Positions 1 through 13,423 of a DNA stretch of 64,000 bases are shown piece by piece. Made by a program: the position numbers and the translations under genes. The stretch is taken from contig OZ249444.1 in NCBI GenBank assembly GCA_965235115.1, positions 20,956,001 through 21,020,000 of the forward strand, given 5' to 3'. Source of the stretch: Laetmonice hystrix. Its lineage: Eukaryota. The notes below the pieces were generated by a model. That model saw only the letters and a list, made by a program, of their open reading frames with translations. It was not told where the DNA came from and did no database searches. Numbering within the stretch: position 1 is the stretch's first letter; every line of letters begins with the position of its first letter.

Positions 1-3000
1 TCAATGGTGGGGAGGAGGAGGAGGAGGAGGGGAATGACCCTTGGATTCCTCATGGATCACTCTCAGGACGTCCTAAGACCAGATTATCCAGGTCTCGCCA
101 TGTGAAGGGTTGTTATATCTGCCGCCCTCAAGGCAGATCGCAGGCGGGGAAGTACTCGATGAGACCAATCCGACCAAGACGGCGGATACCAAACCAAAAT
201 TTATCAGGTCATCGCCTTATTTTCCATAATGCATGATAAGCCACTGTTTTGGGTGGCTTGGAGTCCCGGTTAGTAGAAATGATGATGATCTTACAAGCTC
301 AAGAGGCAGCAAGAGCTTTCAACGCAGTTATAGATGATATATTTTGAAGCATTAAAACTTCGATTGATTGCATTCTTGGTGTTGTTGGTTAGTGTTGTAA
401 GTACTGTTACTCCAGTGACCCGTGTATCGGTACTTTAGTGCAGGAACATTGACCTGAAAGCTCCGTGCTATATTCTTCGATCGCGACAGATTGTTGCGAC
501 TAGGGCCGATTTCCGGGGTCATGGCAGGACGATGGAGGGGTGCGCGAAAGTCATCGATTAATCGGCGGCATACGCCTGGCCAGGAGGAATGGATAGATTG
601 TGTATTACGTCAGCCCTCTAACCCCAGTGTTAAGTTCAGCTTACATAATCCCTCCAGGGGTGGCAGTCTCCATGCATATTGCCTGGAGCATGTGAAAGAC
701 TTAGATTATTTATAGGGGCTCAGGTAGTCGGGGGATGAGACCGGGGTCGGACGAAAACACCCTTATGCATACTCTTGCCTGAGTAGGTCGAGGTAAGGGT
801 GATGTACGACCGTCATTAAATACGTAATTAAGAAAAAATATACTGTTTAATTAATGTCACATGGTAACGCACACCCCTGCATGGCTTAAATCCTTGGTCC
901 TGATGAGGGAGGCATAGGGATAAGAGCTATGTTTTAATTACGTTTTCTGAACCAATAAAGCAAGGCTGGATATATAGGGCCTGCCTATACAGGCGAGGCT
1001 TGGCGAGGTTAATAGCGTCTGCCATACACAGCGCCCTTTGAGGCGGCTGATTTGTCACGGGACTCCTTTCTTCAGTGTGTTTGATCACCCAGATGAGAGA
1101 GGGCCAAATTACAGGAGCATGATGGAGCCTCGCTCTGACCATGGTTATCACAACGGGAAAGAATACCAGTGAATAGATAGCCAGCCGGCCCGGCTTCCGC
1201 TTTCAACACGGAAACTATCGGCCTGCATGATCACTGCACCGACCTGCTGCTTCATTGTAGAAAGAAATGGCGGGGAATAGAAATAAATAAATAAATAAAC
1301 AAATACGAAAGGAAGGAAGACTGCAAGAAATGTTCAAAGAAAGAAGGGCAGAGGGAGGCAGGAAGGGAAGAAGAAATTTATTTGGGTTCAGATTTCCGAC
1401 ATGATCAGTGTCGTGGGTTCACCGCTATCACTGCGGGGAAGTAGCGTGAGATGTCCCCGGTAGGCGGCCTGGATTAACCATATTATGCGCCTGAAAGGCC
1501 GCCCTCTCCCGTTTGGCAAGAGGCTGGAGAGGTCCCGGTCAATGGAGCGCGGTTTGTGACCCCCCTCCCACTCCAGACGGAGTCCATCTCGATCAGATAG
1601 ACCAGCTATTGCTGCCAGCACCCGCCGGACGTCAGATCTCTGCCCGTCCTATATTGTACGAGCCAGATAACACCATCAACCCTCCGTATAGACACAACCG
1701 CCTGGGGATCACTGCCACGTCATTCTACATCTCCAGCAGACGTCATAGTCAGCGACCTCTGGCGGCGCTGGGATCCGCAGCGCCATCTACATGATGAGAG
1801 CAATACGAGAAGATTCGCTATCGATGTCTGTAACTGTAACGGCAGACTGAAGCGGGTGAGATGGAGTCTTATAGAAAATTTACGATAACGGTGTGATGTT
1901 AAATTGACTGGACTGAAATATGAAGAAATGAATACTCATCTAATGGTCTACCGGGACATATAGTCCAACGGGCTCTAGAGGGCCTACTTTGGGTGATGTA
2001 GTAGCTATAGATTCCGTTGCTGATAGAGTAGCCTATATATCCATGACTTACACTCTTGCTGCTGCGACAGTAAATTCGACTCCGATTCAGTATCGGTTCC
2101 GGCATTAAGAATAGATGTTGCCAGTTGTGTTGTAATTAATACGCTCAACCTCATCTAAAGCGTCCTTAGAGGGGGATTAATGTGCCACATGTTTCTGTCC
2201 ATACATAATCATAATGTACTTATAAGTAGCAATATCAAAGGAGGCAGACAAAAAGTGACAGATATGTAGAAAGGGCTATACGCTTGGGTTCATGGCAATA
2301 ATATTATGTTGGATATCACATCAACTACTCTCGTACTCTGACCGTTTACAAACAAGAAATATAATGAGTTTTTTTTTTACACATTTCTTTTCTTTTTCTA
2401 CTCATACCAAGAACTTGAGGTTGAGGTTAGAGTCTACTAATCACTGAGCAGAGGTTCTTCAAAGACATACCAAAACCATGCAACGTGCATGAAACATCAA
2501 AGAAAGGCCTTCATATTTTCACTGTTCCATTTGTACCCCTAAATGAAGCCCCGTCCCTTCGAAATCTTATACCCCCTCCCTAAACAATGAAGTTTTGCAT
2601 GTTCCTTTTCTCCATTAAAGGAGCTTGCCTGTTGCAAACTGACCCGACCAACACACAGTCGTATTCGCCGTACTGTCTTCCTTCGTCATCTGTTATAAAT
2701 TTTGGGTGCAGCTCTAATATGGGTAGTCGTCTGGCTATCTTCTCGGCAGTGTTCAGGGATATTCTAGATAATCTGCCTAATTATGATGTATAGGGGATCT
2801 GTGATTTATAAACCCTTGGGGGGAGAGGTCATTCTGCTCTTGACCTCCAGCTGGGCCGGTCACCTTTGGGGGTCGTCTCAACAACGCTGACCAAATAACA
2901 GAGCGGCATTGCGGTGACATTTGAGGTGATCAGTGTAACCTTATTGGTGAACTCCACCGGGGAGACCGGCCCTATGGTCCCCGTGGGCTCCAGCACACAC

Positions 3001-5155
3001 AGCCCTTGTCAAACCCAATCCCAAGGTCGCCACACCCAATTCGCTATCCAAGCAGTTGGCTTAAATCATGATTTAGCCAGTGCGAGCTTCGTAACAATAG
3101 GGGGGAAACAAGCAACCCTGAGGTTGGGCCAATGCTGCAGGGGGAGGGAGGGGAGAGGGAGGGGGCATTCCTAAAGCTCTGCCCATTACTCCAGGTCACG
3201 GAAAGACCTAATTCATTCCGTGCTTCTCTGGAGGCTAGCCCGATGAACGGTGCTAAGGTTGGAACAACCGCGGCGAGAGTGTACATTTGTAAAGCCTTTT
3301 TGTGGGGTGAGAATCGGAAAACGTTGTCAGGGACATTGCACCTGGCGGCAGTAGTATGGTCAGAGCGCGTGAAATCTGTTTCTAATGGACAGCTGAAGCA
3401 TGCACACGGCAGGAAGCCTGTAGTATTGATGTGGGCGAGGGTTTACACCCCAGTATTAGCTGAAAGAAACCTCTAAAGTATTATATGTGTAACCCTCCGA
3501 AGGCAAAACCAGAATGTGCTTCATTAAGAAATGCATTATCCACCATCCATCAAACCTATATGTGTGTCAATTTTTAGGGCTATACTCTAAACCTTAACTC
3601 ACACACCACCTGTTGTACAACAAACTAATTCTTTTTCCTGGCAAAGTTATAGATTTGAAACCCATTAGAAGCTATAACTGAACATTGTTGTTGCTGTTAT
3701 AATATGATGGTACGCTATGTTGTATCAATCCTGTTCTCGCTATGCAGTTTGACAAGGTCGTCACCACCTTTTTTCTCCTTCGCCTAGAAGAGTCCTAACC
3801 TTTAAATAATGCTAGTCTATGGCCTTTAAAACATCGCATAAAGCAAACCTCCCCACTTTACCTCTCATGTAACACTACGCTGTGCGTGGCTACGCTCACG
3901 CCTACCTTGAACTTTGAAGTAAAAAGCTAACACGATTTTTGTAGGCGCGTCCATTAACCCGGCCAAGGTTTCCGGGTATAGGTACAGCCGACCGCTCAGC
4001 TCGTGACAGTTCCTGAGTCCATCTGTTCATGCCCTCACACTGTCACCGGCGGTCCCTGTCCTAGCCACGTATGCCGACTAGCCTTTGATCCCAGCGGTCA
4101 GCGTGATAGCCAAGCGAAAGGTCACGAGATACGTGGGAAGAAACATGAGCAAATGTCGGGAAGAACATTTCGTAAAGGTCATTCAGATCTCTGGAGCTGT
4201 GATTGAACAAATATAGTGCACCTCAACAGCAGGACACGATGATGGCCAATAGTAGCCAGAAACATTAGCCTTCAGGCCATGGTTATATCTCCTGAAATAC
4301 TCTGTCTTTGTGGGGCCAATATCAATGAGAGATCGGCAGGAATGAGCCCGAGGGATCCGGAATCGTACCGGTGGCGGTGGAGCAGTGACGGACCGCTTTT
4401 AATATCATTATAATTTAATTGGTGCCACCGACTGTCCCTGATTGCCACACTAATACAATTGTCCATGAGTACACCCGATAGGACGTTCAGCCCACGACGC
4501 TCACCCCCGACTCCAATACCTTACATCAACAATTATCTTACAACGGTTTCGGTTTAATCATTCACATTACAGCCGACACCCATGTCCATGTCGGGTTTTT
4601 TTTTTTTTTAATTTTTTGATAAGGTGATATGAAGTTCCTTCAGCCTCCTGCCGAATCGCCTTCATATCCCGATGATAGCGGCGACAAGAAGCTCTAATTT
4701 AATCAACAGCGCATATTGGCCAATACGATCAAGGCTGTTAAGGCCTTCCATTAATATGTTTATCGCCCAAATGGAACGTGTCATAATGCCAAATAAAGAC
4801 ACTTAGTTTAAGAGGTTATGAATCCCATCAGACGGGAGAAATTCGCCAAGATATATCCTGAAGGCTGAGGGCGGGATATATTAGTCCCCTGTCCCTTGGC
4901 CTTACCGTGCACAAGGCGCCAAGGTTACAGGAGGTTACGTCCTGCGGTGTGGGCATACTGCGCTGTGGGGCTGAGCTCCTTGCCTTTTATTATCAGCTTT
5001 ATCCAACGACACATTATTTATGAAGGAAAATAGTTTCAGGCACAATAAATATTAAAGGAACCCCTATCATTCATAGAGGCCACACCTTCGCCGATTTCAA
5101 AATATAGTGGAAACCCCGCACAGTGGTAAAGGACTTGCGCTCACACAGGCCGGGG

Positions 5156-5829
5156 CAGTATAGTCACGGTTTAGTATGTGTCAACCTCAGGCCTACAGTA
5201 TAGTCACGGTTTAGTATGTGTCAACCTCAGGCCTACAGTATAGTCACGGTTTAGTATGTGTCAACCTCAGGCCTACAGTATAGTCACGGTTTAGTATGTG
5301 TCAACCTCAGGCCTACAGTATAGTCACGGTTTAGTATGTGTCAACCTCAGGCCTACAGTATAGTCACGGTTTACTATGTGTCAACCTCAGGCCTAAAGTA
5401 TAGTCACGGTTTACTATGTGTCAACCTCAGGCCTACAGTATAGTCACGGTTTACTATGTGTCAACCTCAGGCCTACAGTATAGTCCCGGTTTACTATGTG
5501 TCAACCTCAGGCCTACAGTATAGTCACGGTTTAGTATGTGTCAACCTCAGGCCTACAGTATATAGTCACGGTTTAGTATGTGTCAACCTCAGGCCTACAG
5601 TATAGTCACGGTTTAGTATGTGTCAACCTCAGGCCTACAGTATAGTCACGGTTTACTATGTGTCAACCTCAGGCCTAAAGTATAGTCACGGTTTACTATG
5701 TGTCAACCTCAGGCCTACAGTATAGTCACGGTTTACTATGTGTCAACCTCAGGCCTACAGTATAGTCCCGGTTTACTATGTGTCAACCTCAGGCCTACAG
5801 TATAGTCACGGTTTAGTATGTGTCAACCT
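5156..5829. repeat. Minisatellite, 40-bp unit (cagtatagtcacggttta[g/c]tatgtgtcaacctcaggccta), ~17 copies
   Basis: Direct reading: head-to-tail units with no spacers. Confidence 0.98.
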
Positions 5830-7661
5830 AAATCGGATCACATCAACTCGCCAACAGAAGCAGGAGTCTACAAATGGCACGGCGAGCACATCTACAGATA
5901 CTGTGGCAGACGTCCACCAGTTGGTCGCCCGGCGGCAGTCCGTACACGCCGGTGGTTGGCAGTTAGTGGACGGTGTCTGCCGACACGAGACCGGTGAAAT
6001 ATAATTATCTTGACAACATTGGAGTACGCCAAGGTGAGATAAGTCGGGCATCCGGCCGCTCACTCCGGATTGGCGCTTACACAGCTCGATATAAACTTTA
6101 TCTAAGAAGCCGATATCCGGTAGAGATTAATACGCCATGCCTTTGTCCTAGACCGCCCACGTTACATGACTGTGTTGTGGGTCTGTAAGTCGGAGATAAC
6201 CGAACACATGATCTTCAACAAAGCCTACATTTTTTTTCTTCTCTTTTTTAGTTTTTACATGAGCGAAACCTTTCGTCCAGAGTATAAACGTCTATCTACC
6301 AATAGGACCTCGTGTTTCTGATACCACAGCAGGTTGAGTGGCTCGACTCAACCAGCTGCTTGGATATAGCAACACAACATGGGCTGAAATCGGAAGCTGA
6401 TACTAAATATTGTTTCCATGACGATGGAATACAAGGAACGCCCTGGACAGTTCACCTATAAAAGACACCAGATTTTGTGTTAAAACGATAGGATTATGAG
6501 AACGGCGTTCCTTCTGTTGACGGAACACCCCTCCGTGACATTTTCTGTTGTTGTGTGTTCCCAAAACCAAGGTGGCTTCCAGGGTTAATGCCGAACGGAT
6601 ATTACATGGGCGACAAGTTCGACCACCACCCGCCATCGGGGAATCGGCTGCCGTGCTTCCCCGCTCTGCTTCCCCACGTTCATCTTTGTATCAAATCGGA
6701 TCTAATAAATCACATTTTTTATATAACATGATTATTTCGCAATGGCTTACGGAAGAGAGCGATTATTACATGCAACGTTTGGTAATTGCCCTTCAGAATG
6801 ACGTCGCGTTGGTTTAAGACACGAGGAGAAGAGCTGCAATGAGCTACTAATAGGAATTATCGAAATAGATTTATCGTACGCTTGTTTAGGTGACATTGCA
6901 CTGACACATATAGTAAGCACTCTGTCTCACAATAAACATTGACATTAATAACGCGATCGGTGAGAGACATGATAACGGCTTCTATAAGTGCGAGAACTTC
7001 CTCATATAAAATCATGCAGTCAGAAAAATATAATGCAAATGAAATAGTGTTGATTAATTTAAATTCTACGAATTATTCGTAGGAGGACATTGCAATGATT
7101 GGAAACAACCTCAACTCTCTGAATAATTAACGAACATGGCTTGGATGTGGTAGGAATTAATTAAACTACGCCTATGGTGCCGTCTTCAAGAACCATATGA
7201 GCTACAAGGCCAGATTCCCTCCTTCCTCCCCACAATCAATCAGTGCCCAGTCCACTGAAGTCACCATTCTCAACATCATGCAGACACAACGGTATGTCCA
7301 ATAAAATATCATACAATGTCCTTATGTCCACCCCCGTTGACTTCAATGCCCTGACTTCCGTGAAACACTCTCGTATAGCGAGATGTCTAATCACTTCAAC
7401 CAAATGGTAATCTTGCGTCGGCTTTTGGTCTCACGCCATATCTCCATCTCATATAATATTGTCATGGATGTAACCTAATATACAGTAAGTAGGATAGGAA
7501 CTAATGTTAAGAGAGTGGCCAGATATTGGCTCATCAATCGTACGATGTCAGATTATAAAGGGCATGGCGTGCTCCAGCACATACCAGAGTTCATCACACA
7601 GGCAAACATACAAGAGACTTGACCTCCATGACCCGTCATCATCGCCAGCGTCAAAAACCAG

Positions 7662-7942
7662 GGGCCAGTTCGTACAAACTTAAGATCTTGCTTAAGCTTA
7701 AAGCTTCTGATTGGCTGGTCTGTTTAGAAACGTTAAGCTTAACGCGTCTGATTGGCTGGTCTGTTTAGAAGCGTTAAGCTTAACGCTTCTGATTGGCTGG
7801 TCTGTTTAGAAGCGTTAAGCTTAACGCTTCTGATTGGCTGGTCTGTTTAGAAGCGTTAAGCTTAAAGCTTCTGATTGGCTGGTCTGTTTAGAAGCGTTAA
7901 GCTTAAGTTTAAGCGAGGTCTTAAGTTTTTACGAACTGGGCC
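7662..7942. mobile_element. PIF/Harbinger-like MITE with ~34-bp TIRs, CAG target-site duplication and five internal 41-bp tandem repeats
   Basis: The left end gggccagttcgtacaaacttaagatcttgcttaa matches the reverse complement of the right end ggcccagttcgtaaaaacttaagacctcgcttaa (4 mismatches in 34). CAG lies at 7659-7661 and 7943-7945. A 3-bp CWG/TWA TSD with GG[GC]CC termini is typical of Harbinger. Confidence 0.85.
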
Positions 7943-8950
7943 CAGGTCCCTCTAATACGTACAGACATTGAGACAGCTCCTGAATCGTTTATATTTGATC
8001 GTACTTGCTCTTTATTAGTTTTATTCCGGATTTATTAGGAGTTTTAGGTATGTTATCCACAATGTCCTCCAAGATGTACTAGGTAGGTACATGTTCGTCA
8101 ATGTCAAAGACGAAATCCACCAGTAATAGGTTTCTACGACTTGAATTTACTGACAAAAGATGTTATAACTCCCCGCCCTCCATTTCATTTCGCGCCATTC
8201 TGAAGTGGATCTATAATCAGACCATGCCGAGGATCTTTACAATACACCCTCAGGCCAACAATTGGACAATTCTAGAGGGTTTTCTAAATAAGGCGCGGCT
8301 GATACGGAGGGTGCCGATAGCAGCAGTAGTTGTGGCATATCTTGCCGCTGGTTATCCCTCGACCTTACCCTGGTGGACAACCAGTACTCTCCGCTCAGAC
8401 ATTTCCCATCTGGTGTCCGCTAATGGTTTTTGTGGGTACCCCCTAATATCGCCCAGTGCTGTCGGTGATTTACTAGCGATCAATGGCCGTCGGGGGGAGA
8501 TAAAGGGCTTGTCGCCAGATACGCCTTTGGCGAAACATGTAAGCTCGGCCTAGCCGCCCCAGTTAGCCCGTTGCCTTCCGGTTGGACGTAAATATTATTG
8601 GTTGCCGGTGACCGGCGCTAGAAAATACCACCGTCAATCTCCCACAATGCACCGGGCGATATATTTGCATAACTGCGCGTGTCGTGTCGTAGTGAGGGGT
8701 CGATAATGACGTGGTGTTGTAGTGTTGGAGGAGGTGTTAGGTTAGCTGGTCCATTCCGACCCCACCACTGAACCTACCATCAGGCGGTGTGGGATGATTG
8801 TCCTCCGGCCCTTACTGAGCGCAATATTTGTGTTACATCAGGAGATCAATACTTGTGGAAGCGATAGATTGTTATATGGTTTATATCAATAGCTATTAAA
8901 ATCAGTCTACCCACCGCAAGAGGAAGTCAAATTATTCAGGGTGGGGCTGT

Positions 8951-9010
8951 TGGGGTGGATGGGGGAGGATGGGGGAGGATGGGGGAGGCTTGGGGAGGAT
9001 GGGGGGTAGG
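8951..9010 (+). repeat. G-rich 10-bp repeat (GGGGGAGGAT) x~5-6, potential G-quadruplex
   Basis: Direct reading. Confidence 0.8.
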
Positions 9011-11079
9011 CCTAAGGATAGGGGGAGAAGGGTAAAGAGGGGTGCAGTTCAACATGTCAGATATGGCCGGCTGGAGAACATTATTGAAGAACCACCGAGG
9101 AAATTGGATTCACAAATTGTGCATCTCTTACGATCTATTTACACACAAATTCCCTAGACCAGTCATCTGAGGTTCATCCAATCGCTGCAGCTTTTTCTTT
9201 TGGGCTGCACTTCTGACGCTATGTGTGAGGGGAAGGACAAAAACTATGATAGTGTATTAAGTGAATGGGCTGTGTCGGTCCGTACTCGTATACATAGGTC
9301 ACCCCCACACACAGGAACATCGGGACATCCCTATATTATATCAACTTCCTACCACCATACACTTAGGATTTTGTTTGATCTCCTCTCTAATCCTCTATAG
9401 CTGCTCATATCTTATTGATGCCTGGCCCATGGGGGGATCACTGTGGGAAACTGTCCTGTTTGAGTCACTCCGCCAGCTTTTCAAACTGTACAAAGTACTT
9501 CTGCTGGCAGTTCCATTCCCCGTCCTCTATACCGTATAGAATGGCGTATTGACATTTCCTAGGTAGTTCTAAAGCTAATTTGGTCGGGAAACTCTTTGTT
9601 GGGCAATTAAGTGGAATATAATGAGTGGGGAGATAAATAATGCATATAGGAGCAATGTAAAAAGTATCCGTAGTATGTCGATGGAGTTAGTTAACAGTCG
9701 TGTAAAAAGATTTATTATACGGGAATTGGCATACGCATGTCGTGAATTCCGATAGTCAACAGAGTACAGTTCAATATTTATGTTATGAGTTAACCCAATA
9801 CAAATAGCTTTTCATAATAAAACTTCAGTACAAAATTAACAATTTCTGGAATGAACCTTATATAACCAACCCTCCGCACTTAGGTATAACGCACGAGAGG
9901 ATGAAGTAACCTTTCCGAATAGTCTAATGACAATGCCACACTGCATAGCTATAGACCTATTGTAGAGTCCTACTTTATTCCACCATCCTTGCTTCAACAT
10001 AAACCAAAAGGTTTACAGGCAGTCCCAGATCAGAACAATAAGCCGTGTGGACTTGCTCAAAGACAATACGTTATTTGAGGGCACGTTAAAGCGATGAGTC
10101 CGGACGGGCCCTCCGTTTCGTGTATCGGTCGGGGTGAGGCAGGTATCCGAGTCCCGCACGTCACTGCCGTAATGGGGTGGAAAGAAGGTCGTGCGTTGTC
10201 TGGGCGACGTGCGGCATGCCATCAGGTATCCTCCCCAGGGGGTGGCTCTGACTAATCGGTCTTAATACCCCCGGTAAAATCCCCCTACACCGGGCCCGGC
10301 ATTCACCGACTTGCCGCCCGGTAGGAGTGTCATAGTGCCGGCTGACGGCGAGCACAGACAGGGCGGTGGCAGACCAGCATGTCCTGACTCACTGGTAACA
10401 ACCAGCTATGCCATCTCAACGGTCTCCTGCTTCATTAAATGGTCCATAAATTTAACAAGTTCTCCTGCTTCCAATAGACCAGGGAATCTTATGGTCCCAA
10501 GGGAAGGCTTTAAGTGGGAATATGTGATTCCAACTATGTTCTGGAAGTATGTAGAATATGCGAAAAGGCCCGGGGTAAATCTACATGTACATCCCTTGGC
10601 CACAGGGCTATACCAGCTCGCAGGTCAAAACAGCACCAACCTATGGTTGCTCTAAGTGGTGCATTAACGGAATGTGAAAGATTATACAAGGGATAACCAA
10701 CATTGCCCAGACTTATAAATAACTCTATTCGGTATATATCTTTCTGAAACTGTCTGGAAGCAAACTTGCTTAAGAATGGCGATGGGTATCAAGGCTATCC
10801 TTGCCGGAAATATGTCATGCCCTCATTTGATACATTGCTATATAATAAATGAGATGTGGGAAACAACTCCTGTGAGAATGGACTCCTTCTGTTTTTGCCC
10901 CTCTGTCGTAAATGGCATCATTTACAGGTGTAAGTAATTGTCGTCAGTAGGCACTATACGACAAGAAGACAAGTCCCTTGGCAACGAGAAGTGAGAAACA
11001 ACGTACGTCTGCAGTCACTCACAGCCGATACCGAAATTACACTATACAAAAAAAGTATTGCCACTTTATCAAACGCTTC

Positions 11080-11724
11080 CACTTCCATGCCCTGACCACA
11101 CAGCAAGAAAAGGGAACCACCACACTTCCATGCCCTGAGCACACAGCAAGAAAAGGGAACCATCACACTTCCATGCCCTGACCACACAGCAAGAAAAGGG
11201 AAACATCACACTTCCATACCTTGACTACACAGCAAGAAAAGGGAAACATCACACTTGCATACCTTGACTACACAGCAAGAAAAGGGAACTATCACACTTC
11301 CATACCTTGACTACACAGCAAGAAAAGGGTACCATCACACTTCCATGCCCTGACCACACAGCAAGAAAAGGGAAACATCACACTTCCATACCTTGACTAC
11401 ACAGCAAGAAAAGGGAAACATCACACTTGCATACCTTGACTACACAGCAAGAAAAGGGAACTATCACACTTCCATACCTTGACTACACAGCAAGAAAAGG
11501 GTACCATCACACTTCCATGCCCTGACCACACAGCAAGAAAAGGGAAACATCACACTTCCATACTCTGACTACACAGCAAGAAAAGGGAACCATCACACTT
11601 CCATACCTTGACTACACAGCAAGGAAATCGAACCATCACACTTCCATACCTTGACTACACAGCAAGAAAAGGGAACCACCACACTTCCATACCTTGACTA
11701 CACAGCAAGGAAAGCGAACCATCA
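11080..11724. repeat. Minisatellite, 43-bp unit (acacagcaagaaaagggaaacatcacacttccataccttgact), ~15 copies
   Basis: cagcaag recurs at 11101, 11144, 11187 and onward. Confidence 0.98.
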
Positions 11725-12115
11725 AAGACCAACTGTTTCTCCGGTTTTAGTTGTACACGTATCGTATCACTTTGCATGTTGTGAAATAATTGCTATCAGA
11801 TAGCAATCTTTGAGCTGGCAGGCAGCTGATGGTTTCAGACAGGCCATGGTGGGGGCGGTACTGTACAGTAACTGGTACTACGGCCTTAGACTCCAACAGA
11901 ACAGTGATAAACTGTCATTAACCTCGAGTACGTGGGGCATGTCTCGGTCGACCGTCATCAAACACCGATCTGTTCAACTCACCGTATTTTGGAGCATGTT
12001 TGTGAGGAGCACAGGAAAACACATCAGGGTAACAACAACAAAAACTGGAATCAGTTGGGCGTCCCATACGGCCGATTATCAAGCGATTGTGTCATCCACT
12101 AACAGACAATCTAGG

Positions 12116-12280
12116 CAGAGTTTCCTGCAGGCCCTTTGGGGGGGGGGGACTCCCCCCATTATTCAGCTACTCCCCCCCCCAAAAAAAAAAACAATTCCCA
12201 GGGGGAAATATTTTGCATCACTCTCCCCCCCCCCCCAAACTCGCAGCATCCCCCCACAAAAAAGTCTCCAGGAAAGCCTG
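12116..12280. mobile_element. hAT-like MITE, copy 1 (degenerate 12-bp TIRs, 5-bp TSD CTAGG/CTGGG)
   Basis: It shares internal blocks (ccattattcagctactccccc, ccagggggaaatattttgcat, ccccaaactcgca, tctccaggaaa) with 61475-61651. Confidence 0.85.
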
Positions 12281-13259
12281 CTGGGTGCGTTTTCATGCCG
12301 AAACGCTAAGTGAGAGTCCTGATCTAAGTCAATAGAGAGCGCACGCGGTTCATGTGTCAAGTGACCGTACCATTCCTCCTAACTCCGTTCACTGGTTGAA
12401 TAAACAGAAACCTCAAATATAGCCTACCCGACGTCTAGAGAAGACTGTGGTAACTAACAAAATCTTTAACCGACAATATATATATATGGCTGGTAGTCCG
12501 TGGAGAGGTTTGGGCGCAAGTAACCAGGGGGAAGTCAGTCAGAAGTTATCTGTATGTCTCATTACTTTCACAGGACCCACAGGAGGTTTGGTGATACGAT
12601 TCCTCCCAACTCTCTTCATGTCTTGGTCACACGGTAACCGTTTAAAAGGTCATAGGAACTCCACAAGAGGAAATACTATCTGCCAATAACAATTACTTGA
12701 TTACTTGTAGATTCTTTCACCCAAAAAGAGATGCGTGCAGCAATATGTATCACTCTGAACCCCCTAGGATTTGTTTAGGGGAAATGCCATCTCCAATTAG
12801 GAGGCGTTTGTCACCTCTCATTAAGACATAACTGTAGCCTTAATTAGGCCTAGCCCATGCTATATCACTGGCAATGTCATCCTTACTACATACTCTCTAG
12901 GTCAGCAGCACACTAACAGATCGATACACATTTAAAACGGTGCCGGTCTCAGACGAGGATAGGTGCTGAAACAGATAGTTCCTAACACCTCACTACCGGC
13001 CAAGCCGGGCTGACTGTCAGTTAAATCCTTGTGGGTATATGGAGTAGCAGGAGAGAGGCCCGGACGTATACGTACGACCACCAATACATACAGCAGTAGT
13101 GTGGTTCCAGCACCCAATCTGACGCCTTGATTTGGAGGCAGAATTAATGATAACTGAATGTCAACCACGTTTGGGCCTATCCGAGAGTGTATGTACATAT
13201 TATAGAACCCTCTATGTGGGGGTTTCATCCATGGATAATTCCACTAATTCACGTTTTAA

Positions 13260-13423
13260 AGGGAGAGTAAAATACGTTAATGTGCAAAAAGTATTGAAAA
13301 ATATTTATAACTCTTATGTGACCATCTGCTTGTTGGTCAACATATCACAGGGCTTTAAGTATGATACAAATATGTTTTAAGACCGCCGATTTCCGATTTT
13401 TTTTCGGCCAGTTTACCTTCCCT
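13260..13423. mobile_element. Kolobok-like non-autonomous element (TTAA TSD, AGGG...CCCT termini)
   Basis: The ends read ttaa|agggagagtaaa ... tttaccttccct|ttaa, with a ~13-bp imperfect TIR. Confidence 0.55.
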
